NCBI RefSeq assembly: GCF_032191835.1
Contig: NC_083226.1
Location: 21,948,001 to 22,012,000 of the forward strand
Origin: Heteronotia binoei
Taxonomy: Eukaryota
Length of the DNA: 64,000 nt
Direction: 5' to 3'
Position numbers and translations under genes: made by a program. Shown here piece after piece: positions 25,957 to 39,240 of this stretch (positions are counted from its first letter, which is position 1; each line of letters begins with the position of its first letter). The notes beneath the pieces are model-generated. The model was not told where the DNA came from, did not search any database, and was given only the letters and a program-made list of their open reading frames with translations.

Positions 25957-26725
25957 ATGGAAGCTGTGTGTGTCTTACAGAAGATTGCTGCTGACTCCTT
26001 TGAGACTTAGGGTTGCTAGCTCCAGGGTGGAAAATTCCTGGAGATTGAGGAGTGAAAACTGAGTGATGGGGTTGGGGGAGGGGAGGGATTTCATCAGGGA
26101 TTAATGCCATAGACTTCACCCTTTGAAGCAGCAATTTTCTCCAGAGAAATTGATCTTTGGAGATCAGTTGCAATGTTGAGAGATTTCATGGCTGCATCTG
26201 GGGATTGGCAGCCATATTGAGACTCGAGGTTTCGGACCAGGTAGACCCTTCCTGGATATTATTGTTTCCTCTCCATGAGCATATACGGTGCTGCCTTAAA
26301 CTAGTCAGCCCGTGCTACTCCCTTATGTTTAGTCTAACCAGGAGCAGATCTCCACCGTATAAGAGGTCTTTCACAGCATTGCTTAGAATTCCTCTTAAAC
26401 AGAGAAACAAGGGATGGAATCTTATGACTTGCAAAGTTCCTTGTGTCTCCACAGCATTACAGTCACATTCTATGTGTTCCCACTGAACTACAGTCATGCT
26501 GTGAACTGATACAAACTTAAAAGTAGACAGAAGGCATTTCCTTGTCCCCGGACACCTAATGAGGATATGTTTCTCTGAAGTACTCTGCAACGGCTTGCAA
26601 TGGAAGTCATGCTTACAATAATACCAATATCAGCAGGTAAGTTTTTATTTACTGAAGAATTGCCACTTTTACAAAAAGTGAACAAAATACAATAGCAAAC
26701 GATGATCCCAAATTTTAGATCCATG

Positions 26726-26797
26726 CCATGCATGCATGCATGGATGGATGGATGGATGGATGGATGGATGGATGGATAGATAGATAGATAGATAGAT
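26726..26797. repeat. Compound microsatellite (ATGC/ATGG/ATAG)
   Basis: Read directly from the sequence. Confidence 0.9.
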
Positions 26798-28539
26798 ATT
26801 ATTCTTCCTTTTTATAAAACGAGAGGATATTTTGAAGTCTTGCTTCAAACTGTAATCATTTTATTCATTCTTTTCCTGTGTTAACATTATAGTCTGCTTT
26901 TCTCCCTGAGACGCAAAACAGATTGCACAGTGTAAGTCAACACAAACAATAGGATGAGACATCTAAGAAGCAGTGGTCTTGGATTAGGATTACAGAAATA
27001 ATGACTTTCGTATATTGGCTACAATACAGAGTTCAAGGCAGGAAAGAAATGGCAGAAATAATGTAGCGACAACAGGAAAATATATGCAATGAACAGATAT
27101 GTCCAAAGGAAGGGTTAAAGCTAGAAACCTATAAAGTATATACATTTCTTTATTGATTTATACCCCACTTTTCTCCCCAAGCAACGGGGACCCAAAGGAG
27201 CTTAATTTTTTTCTCCACTCTTCCACTGGATCCTGTGAGGTAGATTAAACTGAGAGTTTGCGACTGGCCCAAGGTCAACTAGCCAGCTTCCGCAGCAGAG
27301 TGGGGATTTGAAGCTGGTGTTCCCGTATCCTAATCAGATACCCTCATCTTACACCATGTAGGCTGTAGTAAATAGAATCTTCCTCCTCATCAGGGCAGGA
27401 GATGGGTTTTAAGAGGGATCAGACTCTGAATGATATGCAAGAAGGATCCCTCTCTAGCAGACTCTTTTCAGATATTTGTTTCTAGCTGTTTGTATGATCA
27501 TTTGACCCTTTACCAAAAGCTTAGAACAGGGGCGTTGAACTCATTTGTTATGAGGGCTGGATCTGACATAAATGAGACTTGTCATTTCCACTGCAACATT
27601 TTGTGTTGACCGTGTGGATGTGATTGCAAATACAAATGGAGGTTCATTGTCCAAAAATACTCAGTATGGAATATATATTGCAGTAGCACCCACAACTCTG
27701 TATTTAGAAGAGGACTGAAGACTGTGAGATTCGATGACAGACCAAAGGACTTCAGGGACACCAATTGACTAAGGCAAGAAAGGTAAACAGTTATTATTAT
27801 CTTTTATTTGCATGCATAAATATGAAATATTTATTATAACATGAAATTATAATATGAAATATTTATTATAACCTATCAGCGGCTGTCAATGCAGAGGAAA
27901 CAGAAAGGTTTCCAAAGGGCACGTTAGAACATGGAGAGAGGGACATAAAATTTCCTGATGATAGATCTTTAAGATGCAGTTTGCACACAAGGTAGAAAAT
28001 GGGGGAGGGGCAGACCATGGAAGCTAATGATAGAGTGAACAGACCAGAACAGGGTTAAGAGAAAAGCTTTGAAAATCCCAATAGAAAGTTGAGATTTTAG
28101 TTATGACTGAGTACCAACTCCTTCAATTTTATAGGTTCTATGTAGTTAACAGGGAAGCTTCCATGTCATGTCTCAAATCTTCTCTTGTTGATGTTGAACA
28201 CAAGAGCATCTGTGTTGGATCAGACACATGGTCCATCTAACTGAGCTTTCAGTAGCCGACGAGATGACCCACCCTGAGACTATAAACAGGTTTCAGAGGT
28301 CTCAGATGCCATCAATGGACCTGTCTCCTTTGATGATGCCTAATCCCCTTTAAAGCCAATAATGCTATAGCCATCATTACCACCTCCTATGGCATTGGAT
28401 TCCACAAGGCCATCACTTTTTGAATCAAGAGTAGAGCTAAAAATGTGGAATCTTGTGATTTGCTTTTGGTTAAGAGTTCACTTAAAGCCAAAGGGCCTAA
28501 TCCCATTTTTTACTTGCAGCAGACCCCTATCCTTTCTGG

Positions 28540-29196
28540 TGTGCTAAGATTATTGAAAAAATCAGATCGATTGGGCTGAATCCAGAACTTTTTGATAGGG
28601 GCATGAATGAAGCAAAAGTTCTGGAATTTTGGAGACTGAGTGACATTGAGCTCCAAAATGATAAAGCACTGCTCCCCGCAAATTATTCCAGATTAAAATC
28701 ATGGCCAGATTATACATCCGCTCCTTACTGTCAAATATAACATATGGGAGACATAGATAGATGGGCTTCCTCAAGGGCTCGCCTTGATGCTTTTCCATCT
28801 GCAGTATTAGCTGGTAGGTTCTCCCATCTACCAATGCAGAAACGATGTTGTATTTGTTCAGAAAAAATTGTTGAAACGGTCTCTCATATCCTTCTCCACT
28901 GTGAACTTTATCAAGAGGAAAGATTGCGCCTAATTACCCCACTTTTAAACAAATTCAAACCCTTGGAGTTTTACATAAATTTTAGAACTGAGGTACTTCA
29001 GAAATTTTTATTAGAAGATAACACAGAGCTCAATAACTCAGGCAGTTGTAAGATTTTGTTACATTGTAATTTGTAAGAGGAAATATTTGGAAGAGCCTTG
29101 ATTTCATGGACTGTACTCTTATGAGTTGTCTTGTTGTCTTCCTTTATTGCTGTTCTGTTCTGGTCTTTGACTGAAATAAATATTGATTGATTGAAT
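28540..29196 (+). mobile_element. LINE 3' fragment with C-terminal Cys/His motif (RTE-X-like)
   Basis: ARLDAFPSAVLAGRF...KRCCIC...ETVSHILLHCELY, followed by AATAAA and (TTGA)n. A similar fragment lies at about 45860-46260. Confidence 0.5.
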
Positions 29197-30237
29197 CAAG
29201 AAATACTTCATTAATTTGTTTGTCTGTCCTGAATCTGCTGCTCATCAACTTCCCCAGGTGCCCACAAGTTCTGTTATCATGGGACAGAGACATAAGGTTC
29301 CCTCTTCGCATTTTTCCTACCTTGTATGTAATTTTATATGACCCTATCATCTTTTCTCTAATCTAAAAAATCCCGACATCCATACCCTTTCTTCATAGGG
29401 AAGGTGCTCCAACTCCTGGATCGTTTTGGTTTCCCTTTTCTGCACCTTATGCATGCTACAAATATTCTTACATTGACTAGGACAGTACACAGTATTCCAT
29501 AGACAGCCATACCATAAACGCATACAAAGGTGTTAAGACATTGGTTGAAAATCTAGGCATATCCTATCAATATGTTAATTGTGATATTCTTGTATATTAA
29601 ATTCCCAAGCCACAAGCCAAAGTCTTTTTTTTTTTTTCCACTAGCTGGTCAAATCCATCACTAGATGGTCAAATCTATTTTTGATACATTTTGTAAATGC
29701 TGCTATCAAACCTTTACAAATCTGACTTAGAAAAATTGTAGAGGAATCTAAAATGTTCAAGGACTATGTTGAAGACCTTCCTTTCCAGCAGATTACGTCT
29801 CATAGCCTACTATTCTGCTCAGCCCTTTAAGGAGACTTCTGCCACAGCTGGAAGGCTTCAACCTCAACTGAGCAGGATGGTAGAATGCAAACCATTTTCC
29901 TGGGAATGCAACATGAGAGCAGTCAAGTTGCAACCTGAGCAAGGCCCTTTCAAGGCAAGTGAGAGGCCGAAGTGGCTGGCCATTGCCTTCATTTGCAGAG
30001 TCGCCCTTGGCAGTCAGCCATCCAAGCTCTGACTCTGTATAATTTCTGAGATCTGACAAAACTGGGCTATACCATGGCACATTCCCTGCCTGCAACCCTA
30101 AACAGCAAGTTAAAAATCCCTGGAAAACATCTTCTGAGCTCAGAGGTCTTGAAATATAGCATGATAAAACTAAAACAAAAAATTATGGGGAAAATATCTA
30201 ATTTTACATCTCCTTAATTTTACATCTCCCTTAGGAG

Positions 30238-30407
30238 CAGGCCTCAGATTCAGTGGGAGCTCACAGGAGCACAGCTCCTGAACCTTTCTGAAGAGTTCCT
30301 CCTCCTCCTTCTGAGAGTTCCACCTCCTTGTCCATTGAATAGTATTGCAGCTGCATAACAATCCTTGGATGAGCTCCGCCACCTATTTTTCTGCAAAACG
30401 ACCCCTG
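30238..30407 (+). mobile_element. hAT MITE (CAGG termini)
   Basis: Perfect TSD CTTAGGAG. Confidence 0.9.
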
Positions 30408-31710
30408 CTTAGGAGAGAAATTACCCAAGAAGTAGATAACTCTCTTGCAATGACTAGATGACACACAACTTCCTTCCCAGCAGAAAGACTTCTCCGTGTT
30501 AGCTTAAAGATGAGAAGGATCTATTAACAACTGCAGACAACACATTTTTGGCAACGAAGTTCTAGTTGTACATTAGCAGAAACTTTTTAACTTAGGAGTT
30601 CTAGTTGTACACTGGGAGAAACTTTTTTAATTCTGGTTCAAGTGGTAAATTTGTGTATGGCCTCTACCGCTTACAGATTTCAAGCAATTTCATGCAACAA
30701 GAAATGTAACGTATCGGGGAGAAGGCCCAGCGTAACCAACTTTTCAAGCTGTGGCAGATGTAAAAGGCAAGAGGTAAGGAATCCAACTGGCAGTAAGATG
30801 AGTGTGGGCCAGGAATGCTGACCCTTCTTCCTTCCTCTACTGGGCACTCCGTACACACCTTGATATTTAAGGCATATATGGACTGTCTACTCCATTACAA
30901 ACCTACATGACTGCTATGGTCATCTTCCCCACCCCACCATCGAAGATTCAGCAGGTGGCAGACCAGTAGAGGACATTCTTTGTTGTAGCACCAAGTCTCT
31001 GGAACTCTCTCTCCAAAATGACTTGCTTGTCTCCTTCTGTTGCCATTTTCCAACAGTGAGTGAAGACTTTTTTGTTTCATTTGGCATTCCTTCAGTGATT
31101 TCTCTTTCCTGCCCTATGGTTTTGTTGTTGGTTTTCAATAATCCTCCCACTCCTCTTTGCCACTTTCCCAGTTCTCAGTGTTAAATTGAATTCTCTTCAG
31201 CAGTCAGTTCCCATCTCTTTCTTCTCAACTGACGCTATCCAATGAAATCCCTTTGAGCAGCCTGTCACTCAAAGATTCTCTGGCTCTGTGAGGCATTAAT
31301 GAACCCTTCACAGTCCAGCACATCTATATAGAGCACTTATAAATTTCCAAAGCACAATCTGTCACAAAAGGTTTCTATGTTTTAATTATGTACATTTTGC
31401 CATTTTAAAATAAATATTCAGATATGTGAATCTATTTCACCATTTTCTTTTTTACATTCTGGAAGGTCTATATCAAGGATCTTTACATAAAAATAAAATA
31501 AAAGTGTTTCAACAAAAGCATTTTCTGATATGCACATTTTATGGTATATCTTGTGTATGCTTATTGAATCCTAAGCTATACAGGTAACATGCCATGCATT
31601 TGAATAACTTTCATTTTTACAGCAATGGAAGAAACCAGTGTTTTTAAAAGATTGGGGGGGGGGGAACCTTCTCTTTCTTTTCTACAGGAAACCAAAATTC
31701 AGCAGCTGCC

Positions 31711-32652
31711 ATGTGGAACCAGACTTCAGCAAAAGAATTCCTCTTCCTTGGTCTCTCTAGGAACTTCAAGATCCGTCTCATTCTTTTTGGGTTATTCTTT
31801 ATGGTCTATATGATCACACTGGCAGGTAATGTGATTATACTGGTGCTTATCTGGCTGGATTCTCGCCTCCACACTCCCATGTATTTCTTCTTGAGCCATC
31901 TTTCCTGCGTGGACATCTGCTATACCTCCAGCACTGTCCCCCAGATGTTGGCCAACCTTCAGAGTCCTAACAAACCCATCTCGCTGATTGGTTGTGCAGT
32001 GCAGATGTATACATTCCTAGCCTTGGCCACCACGGAATGCATACTCCTTGCAGTGATGGCGTATGATAGATACGCCGCCGTATGTCACCCCCTGCATTAT
32101 ACCTTCCTTATGAACAAAAAGGTGTGCATCAAACTGACCGTGGCAACATGGACCAGTGGCCTTTTATTGCCAGTGGCACATGCAGTCCTCACGTGGCGGT
32201 TGCCTTTTTGTGGCTCCAATTTGATCGACCACTTTTTCTGCGAAATGCCCGCACTGCTGAAGCTGGCATGTGCTGACACCAACACGGTGGAAAAGCTCAC
32301 TTCGTTTGGATGCATTGTCACCTTGGTCACACCCATCTCCTTTATCATGATCAGTTACACCCGCATACTGGCAGCCATCTTAAAAATCAAATCTACACAA
32401 AGTCAGTGCAAAGCTTTCTCGACGTGTGCCTCTCATGCATCCGTGGTGGTGCTTTTCTATGGCAGCGCCATATTTATGTACATGAGACCTGAGTCTAGTC
32501 ACAGTCCAGGTCAGGACAAAATGATCTCTCTCTTCTATAGCATTGTAATTCCCTTGTTCAATCCCATAATATACAGTCTGAAGAACAAAGATGTCAAAGG
32601 GGCATTGATTAAGGTACTGCATAAATGCAGGTCTTGTTGCTCACCCAGTTAG
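31711..32652 (+). CDS. Olfactory receptor, class II, family 2 (OR2A-like), intact, 313 aa
   Basis: Motifs WLDSRLHTPMYFFLSHLS, MAYDRYAAVCHPLHY, KAFSTCASH and PLFNPIIYSLKN. Close paralog of the OR at 19441. Upstream acceptor TCTTTCTTTTCTACAG. Confidence 0.96.
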   Translation: MWNQTSAKEFLFLGLSRNFKIRLILFGLFFMVYMITLAGNVIILVLIWLDSRLHTPMYFFLSHLSCVDICYTSSTVPQMLANLQSPNKPISLIGCAVQMYTFLALATTECILLAVMAYDRYAAVCHPLHYTFLMNKKVCIKLTVATWTSGLLLPVAHAVLTWRLPFCGSNLIDHFFCEMPALLKLACADTNTVEKLTSFGCIVTLVTPISFIMISYTRILAAILKIKSTQSQCKAFSTCASHASVVVLFYGSAIFMYMRPESSHSPGQDKMISLFYSIVIPLFNPIIYSLKNKDVKGALIKVLHKCRSCCSPS

Positions 32653-32823
32653 TTCACCCATTAGTTCACAATCAGTGCAATCCAAAGCTGACTTACACCT
32701 TCGAAGCCCATTGGCTTTCGGGGGACTTAGAATAGTGTACTTCTTCTTAGGAATGAACTGCAAGCCCTATATTGTCTACTGTGACAGGTCATGGCTTTCC
32801 ATGACCTGTCACTCCTGTTCTAG

Positions 32824-33099
32824 GAGAGCCAGTTTGGTGTAGTGGTTAAGTGTGCGGACTCTTATCTGGGAGAACCGGGTTTGATTCCCCACTCCTCCAC
32901 TTGCACCTGCTAGCATGGCCTTGGGTCAGCCATAGCTCTGGCAGAGGTTGTCCTTGAAAGGGCAGCTGCTGTGAGAGCCCTCTCCAGCCCCACCCACCTC
33001 ACAGGGTGTCTGTTGTGGGGGAGGAAGGTAAAGGAGATTGTGAGCCGCTCTGAGACTCTTCGGAGTGGAGGGCGGGATATAAATCCAATATCTTCTTCT
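32824..33099 (+). mobile_element. tRNA-head SINE with L2-like tail
   Basis: Box A TGGTGTAGTGG, box B-like GGTTTGATTCCC, and 3' GTGAGCCGCTCTGAG shared with L2 tails. Confidence 0.9.
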
Positions 33100-33910
33100 C
33101 AACAATGCTGGGGAAACAATGGCCACACACCTGTGGGCAGGAAGAAAGAAGAACCACGTGCAAGGTGGAACTTGAAAAACTCCACAGAAGGTCCCTCGAT
33201 GAAGTCTAAAGTGAAATGTGTAGGGATCTGAAAAACTTCAATAAATCTTGTCACCTTGCACCTGGTTCTTCTTTCTTCCTCTCCAAAGTCTCCAACCAGA
33301 GGTCTTTCCTAATGCTGAGAGTCTTCTATGATTCCAAAGCTTGAACCCAGTCCCTTCTTTTGTGCTTGGCTTCTGACTCAAGCCAAGCATTTGGGATCAA
33401 ATGAGAATGCAACTTGGGATGTAACATGGGAACCATTGCTACGACCACCTCTGCTTCTTACTTGCCTTGAAGGCCCCTTGCTGGGGTCACCATAAATCAA
33501 TTGCGATTGGACAGCACCTACACACACAGATACCATAGCTATTCAGTAGGGGTGCAGTCTTAAACGGATTATTAATCAAGCGATTAATTGATGGCCAAAT
33601 AAAGCTGCTGCAGTAGGGGGGGAAGGTAATCTGTAAAGATTGGAAGGCTTGTTTGTGGCTAGAATAAGGGATTAAACAGATGAGATTCAGTTTTCCCAGA
33701 TTGCCTTAAAGGGCAATAGCACTTGTGTGTGGAAGAGGTGGCTTGATTCTTTCCCCATGCTTAGTCACCAATCAAAACCACCACAACTCCACAGATGGGG
33801 AGGGGGTATTATTAGCCTTCGCAGTAGAAAAAGACATTGGGAGTGACCACATACGCATTCCCCACCCCAAGTCACGCCCACATCTACCTCATCTGAGGAC
33901 TGGCTGCGAC

Positions 33911-34106
33911 CAGTGTTCCCTCTAAATTGAGTTAGCGTGAGCTAGCTCATAGTTATTTAGCCTCCAGCTCACACATTTTTGTCTTAGCTCAGGAACAAAA
34001 TAGCTCCAGAGCAAACTCATTTATGCAGTCGCTCACAACTTTCATGCCAGTAGCTCACAAAGTAGAATTTTTGCTCACAAGACTCAACAGTTTAGGGGGA
34101 ACGTTG
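33911..34106. mobile_element. hAT MITE (CAGTGTTCCCTCTAA termini)
   Basis: CAGTGTTCCCTCTAA...TTAGGGGGAACGTTG; flanks GCTGCGAC/GTTGGGAC (6/8). Confidence 0.65.
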
Positions 34107-34728
34107 GTTGGGACCAGATTAAATAGCTACTGGGAACCTCTAAAATGTATGTAGGGTGCATTTCCCAGCTCACTGAATGACCAGGCGCATGCTATACCTG
34201 CCCAGCATGCGCATGAGCAGTCTGAATGCTCCTCTTGCATGTACGCAGCTCATGCCTCTCCCAGCAGCAGGGCAGGTGAATGCTGTGGCATGGATCAAAG
34301 AGAACCAGTTTTTCAGAGCCAGGATACTGCTGCGCCAAACCTCTTGTATGGTCTCACTCATTCTCTCTCACAGCCCATCTTTGTCCCTTCTAGAGCAGAC
34401 AGTGTCTCAATGGTTCACTTTAGAACTGGGAAAACACAGAGGTTGAAGGGTTAAACTCATTCTTTTCACGTACATCACTCTCTTAGTCTAAACTGAAGCC
34501 CCATATTTTCTTTAAACATCCAGAAGATCCCTTCATGGATATACCAGTGTCTGTTTTGAAGCCACATGGTGCATAGAGCTCTTGAGAAACAAATGTCAAC
34601 TGATAAAGAGAGTGAAAAAAGCATGTGAGAATTGGCTAAAAGCTTCCAGGAATGTGTATCTTCAAAGTTTGCAGAAATCTGGTACTCTGTGATCCAATAT
34701 TTAAATGAACAGGATATATTATCTAGTA

Positions 34729-34900
34729 CAGGAGTGGAATTCTAACAGGAGCTCCTTTGCATATTAGGCCACGCCCCCCCTGATGTAGCCAATCCTCCAA
34801 GAGCTTGCAAAAAATAGACTTGTAAACTCTTGGAATATTGGTCACATCAGGGATGTATGGCCTAATATGCAAAGGAGCTCCTGCTAGAATTCCACCCCTG
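34729..34900. mobile_element. Palindromic hAT MITE (CAGGGGTGGAATTC family)
   Basis: Near-perfect fold-back; perfect TSD ATCTAGTA. Confidence 0.9.
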
Positions 34901-35270
34901 ATCTAGTAATCCATATTATACAAATACGATTTTAAAAAAATAATTAAATGATGCTTGCTCGTTCAGAGATTGGTTATAGAAGACAGCTGATTTAGCAGTG
35001 CACTAAAATAAGAGGGTGATTGTAATTTTAAAGCGTACTGCTTCATAGGAATTTCATGAAATGAAATCTTTAATCCTGTATTATATGTACAAGTTATATA
35101 TTGTTTAACAAAACTGTAACATTGTTTATCAAAATTTTAAAAAATTAAAATATAAAAAAGAGAGAATTGGCTAAAAGCATCAGTCAATTCTGTTACTCTT
35201 TAAATAATAAAGCAAGAAAACAACCAGAAAGGCAGGTCAGACCACTGGCAGATTTGCAATAGAATCCCTG

Positions 35271-35557
35271 AGAGCCAGTTTGGTGTAGTGGTTAAGTGTA
35301 TGGACTCTTATCTGAAAGAACCGGGTTTGATTCCCCACTCCTCCACTTACAGCTGCTGGAATGGCTTTGGATCAGCCATAGCTCTCCCAGAACAGCCCTT
35401 GAAAGGGCAGCTGCTGTAAGAGTTCTTTCAGCCCCACCCACTTCACAGGGCGTCTGTTGTGGGGTGGGGGGAGGTAAAAGGAGACTGACTGCTCTGAGGC
35501 TCTGGGATTCAGAGTAGAGGGCAGGATATAAATCCAATATCATCATCATCTTCTTCT
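35271..35557 (+). mobile_element. tRNA-head SINE with L2-like tail
   Basis: Homologous to the copy at 32824. Confidence 0.85.
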
Positions 35558-36036
35558 GGGGTAAAAGGTGAAGACAGCAGAATTCTTTGCATTGCGCTTT
35601 GCTGTGGGAAATGCTGCAACCAGTCCCCGCCACCCCCAGGGATTGTAAGTGGAATAAGCACATCAAACAGAGAAGAGATCAAATTCCAGAGTCAACTGGC
35701 AGATTAAAAATTAATCCACATTGAGATTGTGATCGTTGAACTCTACCTGCAGGGTACAAACAAGATTTCTTGTTGATGAATAGGAGAAGATACGCAAGCA
35801 CTCAAGTCATTCTCTCTCTCTCCCCTCCCCCCCCCCCCTCCTCACACACACTCGCAAAAATGCTTATAAGCTGTAACTGGACTTTGGGGATTTCTGCAGC
35901 CAATTCTTGATCCAGTTTGGCTTCTTAACTGCATTGATCCCCCTTCCTTTCCACATAGCATCCTCTGCCACTCATTGCTGTACCCAATTTTTCTTCATTT
36001 TTTTCTAACCATGACCCTGCAAATATTACTATGCAT

Positions 36037-36334
36037 AAAGGTAAAAAAGGTAGTCCCCCATGCAAGCACCAGTCATTTCCAACTCTGGGGTGACATTGCA
36101 TCACGGCGTTTTCAAGGCAGACTTTTTACAGGGTGGTTTGCCATTGCCTTCCCCAGTCCTCTATACTTTCCTCCCAGCAAGCTGGGTACTTATTTTACTG
36201 ACCTCAGAAGGATGGAAGGCTGAGTCAACATTGAGCCGGCTACCTGAACCAGCTTCCGCTGGGATCGAACTCAGGTCATGAGCAGAGGGCTCCGACTGCA
36301 GTACTGCAGCTTTACCACTCTGCGCCACGGGGCT
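36037..36334 (-). mobile_element. Sauria-SINE-like element
   Basis: AAAGGTAGTCCCC...GCAAGCTGGGTACT...GGAAGGCTGAGTCAAC...GCCACGGGGCT. Copies at 42361-42656 and 44621-44910. Confidence 0.8.
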
Positions 36335-36422
36335 GCTATTACTGTGCATAAAGGAGAGCAAAAACTGCCATTATGTGCGGAAAAGTTCTTTTTTGCATTA
36401 TATTCATGGTTATATAACCTGA

Positions 36423-36666
36423 GATTGGATTTATACCCCGCCCTCCACTTGGAACCTCAGTTTACAATCTCTTCCACTTCCTCTTATCACAACAGACACC
36501 CTGTGGAGTAGGTGGGGCTGAGAGGAGAGCTCTGAGAGAACAGCTCTGAGAGAACTGTGACTGGCCCAAGATCATCCAGCTGGTTGCATGTGGAGGAGTG
36601 GGGAATCAAACCTGGTTCCCCAGATTAGTGTGCTCAGCTCTTAAAGACTACACCAAACTGGCTCTT
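36423..36666 (-). mobile_element. tRNA-head SINE with L2-like tail
   Basis: Same family as the copy at 32824, in reverse orientation. Confidence 0.75.
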
Positions 36667-38582
36667 GAAGCATATGGAATGCGGGGGTCTAGAAAATTCC
36701 AGAATCCAAAGTCAGTCAGCAAACTCTGGACAAAGATGCTGTGGATGTTGCTCAGTTGCCCATGTCATTCTCGATCATCCTGGATGCTGGGTTGGTTCTA
36801 GCCCCCATCAGACCCCCTGGTCACTGAATCAAGTGAGGGTCCTCTTCTTCTGGTGAAAACCAAGGGTGGAAACTGCCTTTTCAAATAACCCAGTCTTTTT
36901 TTTTTTCAAATCCCAAACACCTCATTGACGTTTGTCATTGCCAGAGATGAGGTGTCAATCACTTCAGAGCCATTTCTTAGATTTCCTTTCAACCAACTGC
37001 TTTGTGAAAATGCAGTGTCACATTGGGAACAGTGCAGGCACCAAAGCACGCACCAGGAATCAGAAGCTAGCAGGTAGCCATGAGTACTGTACATGTACAA
37101 AACAAGGCAACAGTTCAAGCAATTAAAAGCTAGCAAGACCACCTAGCCTAGGGCGCAGCCGCAATCCTGTTCACAAGACACACAAATTGTTTGCTGCTCA
37201 ACCAAATCTTTCTTGGTGTGGTGGCAAATCCCAGCTCCCTCATTTATTGGATGTGGGGTATCCACTATTGGCTAATCAACCATCTGTCACCATCTCTGGC
37301 CTCCCACTGGCTGACTCCCCTGCCCCTACCTACTGCAGGCCTGAGAATGTTGAACAAGCCATCAAAACAGTCTTACCTCAGAGAGAGACAGATCTCTGAT
37401 GCTTCTGTCTTCTCTGTCAACCGGCCTCAGAAAGACCTGCCACTCTTCAGTGGCCTCATGAAAGGCATCATGGCCGCCAGTGGCAACAGACCTCTGCCAC
37501 CCTATCAATGGCCTACACAGATAGTGTTCCACACACGCAGCCTCCAAAGGCTACTGAAATAGCCAGGGAGGAGACTGACACCTCCAGGCGTTTCCTCAGA
37601 GGTCATAGCTATCCCAGTTTTACTGTCTTTCCTGCCTCTTTCCTGTCACTCCCTCTCTCCCTCCTCCCCTCAACCTTGCCCCAGGATGGTTGCCTAAGGA
37701 GGAGATAGGGAAGCCTCACAGGGTTGTTGTTTAGATTAAAGGAGGGGAGAGAAATGAGGAGAATGATGTAAGCTGCTTTGGTCCATCCTCCCCCCCAGTG
37801 AAGAAAGACTGTCCTTTTCCTATGTAGAGATTCAGAGAGGGGGAAGGCAATGGAAAGCTGAAGTCAGAGGGGCAGATAAAGGGAAGGAGATAGGGTTGTC
37901 AACTCCAGGTTAGAAAATTGCTAGAGATTTAAGGAGTAGGGTCTGGAGAGGGTGGAGTTTGAGGAGGGTTGAGGCCTCAGACAGATACAATGTAATTTCC
38001 TCCTGGGCAACCACTGTTGCCAGTCTCCAGGTGAGGGCTGGAGATCACTCAGAATGACAACTGCTCTCCAGATGGCAGAGATAAGCTCCCCTTGAGGTGG
38101 AGGGGGGGAGTGAATGCCTTCACTTGGGTTGGTGGGAAGATAGCAAGGGTGGGGGAGACACTCAAACTGGGAATGGAGAACATTATTTGCTGCTCTGAGA
38201 CAAGGGGAGGAAAGGCAATCAGGGGTGGCCAACGGTAGCTCTCCAGATGGTTTTTGCCTACAACTCCCATCAGCCCCAGCCATTGGCCATGCTGGCTGGA
38301 CTCTAAACAGGTATGAAGTGAGTTACAGTCACAGTGCTAAAGCAGGGGTTAACATCACTGTACCATTTCCCCAATAACAAAGGCCACACACATTTCTATC
38401 AACTGTGGTCAGAAAATAAGATAGATATTATATGGGCAGAGGCAGAAGGATTTATAAGCTCCAAGACAATGGCAAAAACTACTTAAAATGTATGTTTGTG
38501 AGTACGATAAAGACTGAAGTTCAATGTGAATCTGGTTCTTGATGTCCCAAAGAACTGTCAAAATGGCCCTCTTAGATGTGCA

Positions 38583-39037
38583 CAGGGATTGATTTGTAGA
38601 AAAATAGGTGGCAGAGCTCATTAGCATATACCACGCACCCACCCACCCCCAGCCAAAAGCAACCCGACACAAGAAAGGAGAGCCCCGTGCGAGCGAGACT
38701 TGTTTGGGTTGGCTAGAGATCTAGCCAGCCCAAGCAAGTCTCACTCACCTGGGGCTCTCCTGGGCCTCGCCCCTTCCACAGTCAAAAGGCCAACAAGCCA
38801 CCCACCACCCAAAATCACATAAGAAGTGGAGAAAGGGTCTAGGGGTTAATGAGGGCTGCTGGGGGCATGGCAAAGCCCCTGGTGACTGGCTGGCTGACTG
38901 CCTATCTCCTAATCCAGGGATTGTTATACAGCTGCACCTACTATTCAATGGACAAGGTAGGAAGGGAGGAAGAGGGGGAGCCGTCAAAAAGGTTCAGGAG
39001 CTGCTCTCCTGTGAGCTCCTGCTGAATCTGAGGCTTG
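38583..39037 (-). mobile_element. hAT MITE (long variant) inserted in the TAS2R upstream module
   Basis: Same termini as the 3763 and 30238 family; flanks GATGTGCA/GTTATGCA (6/8). Confidence 0.7.
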
Positions 39038-39095
39038 GTTATGCAAGGCAGAAGTGTACAACATGATACCTACTCAGTAACAGAACCCTCCACTG

Positions 39096-39136
39096 ATTTG
39101 CATCTCACACCCTGTATATCAAACCATGACTATTAA
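39096..39136 (+). promoter_or_regulatory. Candidate TAS2R promoter: octamer ATTTGCAT + 27 nt + TATTAA
   Basis: Octamer at 39096-39103 and TATTAA at 39131-39136, 110 nt upstream of the ATG. The same arrangement occurs at four other loci. Confidence 0.65.
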
Positions 39137-39240
39137 CACAGTCCCAAAAGCCAGAATTTCCCCTGCGAAACGTCGCACAGAAACCAGGAGAGACACCATT
39201 GGATTCCTCTTCCTCCCCTCTTGGAGATTTCTCTCTGAAG

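Noticed and set aside
32824-32900. tRNA genes
   Set aside because: The A/B-box heads continue into SINE bodies and L2-like tails, and I could not fold a full cloverleaf.
34180-34260. GCGCATGC repeats resembling NRF1 sites
   Set aside because: The matches are imperfect, with no CpG island or evident gene start nearby.
39199-39240. N-terminal extensions of the TAS2Rs at 39199 and 60644
   Set aside because: The ORF-track starts are TTG. In-frame ATGs at 39241 and 60656 match the paralog starts.
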